Shown here one piece after another: positions 61,064-64,000 of a DNA stretch of 64,000 bases (within the stretch, counting starts at the first letter, position 1; the number at the start of each line of letters is the position of its first letter). Location of the stretch: IMG/VR virus record IMGVR_UViG_3300035701_000014. One strand, written 5' to 3'. The notes beneath the pieces were generated by a model. The model saw nothing but the letters and a program-made list of their open reading frames with translations. It did not search any database and had not been told where the DNA came from. Both the position numbers and the translations under genes were made by a program. This DNA comes from a virus (lineage: Duplodnaviria; Heunggongvirae; Uroviricota; Caudoviricetes).

Positions 61064-63761
61064 TTGGAAATCCATTGGTCTGGTTCTGCTCTTTTTAATC
61101 TGCATCTTGGCTCAGGTTTCACAGGCATCTACAATAATATACAACTTTACAGATAACGTGTCTAACACGGCATACTGGGCTTCGCCAGCAAACCCAATTA
61201 CCGTTCCTTCTGGTGGGACACAAGCGACTGCAGCCCAATACACGAACATGACTACTGATAACTCAGCGTATGCACTCGCTTGCAGTGATTATACAAATGA
61301 CGACCCATACTGGAACTTCAACTTCACGATAAACGAAACAATAGCAGACATAAAATGGATTAATACTAGCGTCAATGGGAAATATGTCCTTACTAGCGGG
61401 AATGAAGTAGCTACCTGTTATGTATACAATTATACTTCGTCAGCTTGGATTACCATCGCAGCTCTGACTACCTCGGACACCACAATCTCAAAGAACTTTA
61501 CAAACAGATTTAGCGACATCATAGACGGCAGTAAGCACTTGGTTGTCTATTGCACGGGTCTAGCTTTTGATTCTGGTGAATGCATATATGATGATTTTGT
61601 AAGTGTTACTGTGAATAACGATACAACACCAATATCACCAGTCATGGACATTGGTGACCCGTTATACTGTTCGATTCCATCCATAACTGGGGATACGAAC
61701 ACGGAAATACTCTGTATGCCAAAATCAAATGTGACAGGGCAACCGCTTACAGGGTTAAGTGTGGTCTGCCAAGCAAATGCCCCGCCGTTATACACTGGGA
61801 CTATCCAACCTGCTTCTGCCTGTGGTGAGAGGTCTTATGGAGTTTATAATTGGACTCTACTGGCTTCCAATATAGCACCTGCAACTTCTTACACCATAAA
61901 CTGCTCAACTTTGATAAGCACAGTTGCCAATGGTTTTGCTGCGAGTATTTACATTATGCCGAATTTTGCTCAGCCATCCGACATAATAAACTCCACTACG
62001 GTCATCCTTGGCAACATGAGTGCCAACTTCACTTACATCAACGGGCAGATTGCATTGGTAATCGGCAACCAGACTTTCATGCTCGGCAATGAAACGGACA
62101 TAAAGAACTTGATTGCATATCTCAACGACAATATGTCTGCCAACTTTACATATACCAACAATCTTATCACCTATCTAAATGGAAACATATCATCCAATTT
62201 CACCTATACAAATGGTCTTATCAATGAAGTGCTTGGCAATCAAACTCTCATTCTTGGGAATCAAATCCTCATTCTTGGCAACGAGAGCACCATCATAACA
62301 AACATAGAAGCTCTCAATAACAATATGAATGCCAATTTTACTTATACCAATGGACAGATAGCCTTAGTGCTCGGCAATCAAACACTCATCCTAGGAAATG
62401 AAACTGTAATCCTAACCAACCTTGCGAATGTCAACGCCACACAGAATGCAAACTACGCTCTCCTGCAAGGGAATCTCAGCTTGATGAATACGACATTGAA
62501 CAACCTTCAAACAGAACTTCTCGATGTCAACTCAACTCAGAATGCGAATGCTGCCGAGATTCTCGGAAACCTCTCAATCCTGAATGCAACTGCCAATGAC
62601 ATCCTCGCCAATCTGGGGAATGTGAACTCGACCCAGAATACAAATTACGCAGCCTTGCAGACTCTCATAAATTCTCTTTCGAATCTCACAGCCCAACAGG
62701 TTTGGGAATATCCTTTAAGAGATGCAAATTGCTCCAATTGCACTGGAGGAGCAACAGCTCAGGAAGTCTGGGAATACGTATCAAGAACCCTCACGGATTA
62801 TAACCTAACTGAAGTCATTGCCAATTTAGAGAATATCAATACTACCCAGAATAACAATGCAAATCTCATCCTCGGGAATCAAGCATTGATTCTCGGAAAC
62901 CAAAGCATCATCATAACAAACATAGCAGACTTGAACAGCAATATGTCTAGCAACTTCGCATATATCGGAGGGCAGATAAATCTCGTATTGGGAAACCAGA
63001 CTTTCATGCTCGACAATGAGACATTGATTCTGACAAACATTGCATATCTCAACGACAATATGTCAGCCAACTTCACAAACACCAACAGTTTGATAGGCTC
63101 TTACACGCTGAATATCACCGTCAATGATACCACTAATAGTTACTCAACAACTAATAACAACAATTACTATACAAACTATACCTATAACAATACTCTGAAC
63201 AACACCGTAGTTTACAATACAACCTGCGATGCTTCTTCGGTTTGGAACTTCCCAGTTAGAGAGTTAACATATTATAATTGCACTGTTATTGGAGGAAGTC
63301 CACCCCCATCATCCCCCAGTTCAGACCCCGATACCTACTATATTCTTAACCAGACTATAATAGCAAACAACGAAGTCAATGGGCTGCAGAATTGGCTATC
63401 ATTCCAAGTTATACTCTTTATCATAGCAATATGCTTCTTAGGATTCGGAGTCTGGAAACATGACACCCTAACCATCACAATTGGAGGTCTCGTCTTCATA
63501 ATCCTCGGTTTCATTATATATTCAGAAGGCATTGCTTCAACAGTCGGGGGAACAACTCAACTCCAGAATTATACATACAACGAATATGCCCAGCTCACAA
63601 ACCTAACCGTGAATGAGACTATAGCATACAATACTTGGAAGGACAATTTCACAAATGTAATCGCATTCTTCCTGATGTTCTTCGGGGCATTCGCAATTTT
63701 ATATTCGGTCTGGGCAGCATTGCAAAACAGAACGCAAAAGGAGGAAGAGGAAAAAGAGTAA
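61053..63761 (+). CDS. large secreted, C-terminally anchored, sequon-rich repeat protein (candidate surface glycoprotein)
   Basis: track ORF 61020..63761; signal peptide at the internal Met (MKPNWKSIGLVLLFLICILAQVSQAS); dozens of N-x-S/T sequons; internal repeats NFTYTNGQIALVLGNQTLILGNET..; C-terminal TM helices. Confidence 0.55.
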   Translation: MKPNWKSIGLVLLFLICILAQVSQASTIIYNFTDNVSNTAYWASPANPITVPSGGTQATAAQYTNMTTDNSAYALACSDYTNDDPYWNFNFTINETIADIKWINTSVNGKYVLTSGNEVATCYVYNYTSSAWITIAALTTSDTTISKNFTNRFSDIIDGSKHLVVYCTGLAFDSGECIYDDFVSVTVNNDTTPISPVMDIGDPLYCSIPSITGDTNTEILCMPKSNVTGQPLTGLSVVCQANAPPLYTGTIQPASACGERSYGVYNWTLLASNIAPATSYTINCSTLISTVANGFAASIYIMPNFAQPSDIINSTTVILGNMSANFTYINGQIALVIGNQTFMLGNETDIKNLIAYLNDNMSANFTYTNNLITYLNGNISSNFTYTNGLINEVLGNQTLILGNQILILGNESTIITNIEALNNNMNANFTYTNGQIALVLGNQTLILGNETVILTNLANVNATQNANYALLQGNLSLMNTTLNNLQTELLDVNSTQNANAAEILGNLSILNATANDILANLGNVNSTQNTNYAALQTLINSLSNLTAQQVWEYPLRDANCSNCTGGATAQEVWEYVSRTLTDYNLTEVIANLENINTTQNNNANLILGNQALILGNQSIIITNIADLNSNMSSNFAYIGGQINLVLGNQTFMLDNETLILTNIAYLNDNMSANFTNTNSLIGSYTLNITVNDTTNSYSTTNNNNYYTNYTYNNTLNNTVVYNTTCDASSVWNFPVRELTYYNCTVIGGSPPPSSPSSDPDTYYILNQTIIANNEVNGLQNWLSFQVILFIIAICFLGFGVWKHDTLTITIGGLVFIILGFIIYSEGIASTVGGTTQLQNYTYNEYAQLTNLTVNETIAYNTWKDNFTNVIAFFLMFFGAFAILYSVWAALQNRTQKEEEEKE

Positions 63762-63841
63762 AATGCGATAGGGTGGGACTGGACTAACAAATGTGGGGTG
63801 TCCCCAGCCTTGCTCTCTTGCATGCTCAAATCTCCCTCTTC

Positions 63842-64000
63842 CTACACCAACTTATTATTCTTCTTCCAATTCTCTTCCGCAGTCAGCCACTGCAGGTTCT
63901 CTGGGCTGAATGCCTGCCTTACCTGTTCTGGGTCAGTCAAGTCATATCTAGATACTGCTATGATGTGGTCGACGTGATACTTCTTCTCCCTGATGTCTGC
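63842..64000 (-). CDS. HNH homing endonuclease, C-terminal part (gene continues beyond the window end)
   Basis: reverse strand translates ..ADIREKKYHVDHIIAVSRYDLTDPEQVRQAFSPENLQWLTAEENWKKNNKLV*; about 110 nt identical to 2040-2150. Confidence 0.6.
   Translation of the reverse strand, partial: ADIREKKYHVDHIIAVSRYDLTDPEQVRQAFSPENLQWLTAEENWKKNNKLV

Noticed and set aside
63569-63829. ORF 63569..63829(-) and other antisense ORFs inside the 61053..63761 gene
   Set aside because: They overlap the well-supported + strand glycoprotein gene and follow its repeat periodicity.
1-64000. rRNA genes, integron or transposon terminal inverted repeats, toxin-antitoxin pairs
   Set aside because: None found. 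No long conserved rRNA-like stretches. No IS-type TIRs flank the recombinase or HNH genes. The small RHH and AbrB-like genes lack obvious toxin partners.

Overview
This 64-kb window is AT-rich and densely coded, with one coding strand for about 46 kb. It looks like an archaeal virus or plasmid-like element rather than core chromosome. Three things point to an archaeal host: TTTATATA-type TATA boxes close upstream of starts, about 22 minus-strand tRNA genes without encoded CCA of which two carry canonical 37/38 introns, and a type-I tRNA-Tyr. Viral or mobile hallmarks include a PCNA homolog, a Gp37/Gp68-family protein, a P-loop packaging-type ATPase gene broken by a DnaE-like split intein, at least four HNH homing endonucleases, a serine recombinase, and many small zinc-ribbon ORFs joined by ATGA start/stop overlaps. 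The most interesting features, in order, are these. (1) Three same-strand arrays at about 434-913, 16836-17620 and 45723-46074 built from a bipartite 36-bp unit, TGCGAGCCA-N9/10-GNAAYCCA-N9/10, conserved at the nucleotide level rather than the protein level. They are not CRISPR-like and match no element class I know. (2) An RNA/tRNA-repair toolkit: Thg1-like 3'-5' polymerase, ATP-dependent RNA-ligase-like enzyme, PF10127-type nucleotidyltransferase, calcineurin-like phosphoesterase and a 22-tRNA array. (3) A Ro60-like TROVE+vWA protein with four tandem covarying stem-loops just upstream, candidate Y-RNA-like RNAs. (4) The fractured ATPase gene: N-extein+IntN, a free-standing endonuclease ORF, then IntC+C-extein, reconstituting Walker A GATG|SGKS. 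(5) A radical-SAM/SPASM enzyme with an N-terminal extension next to small Cys-rich secreted peptides. All calls come from reading the sequence and from memory of protein families. No searches or folding programs were run.
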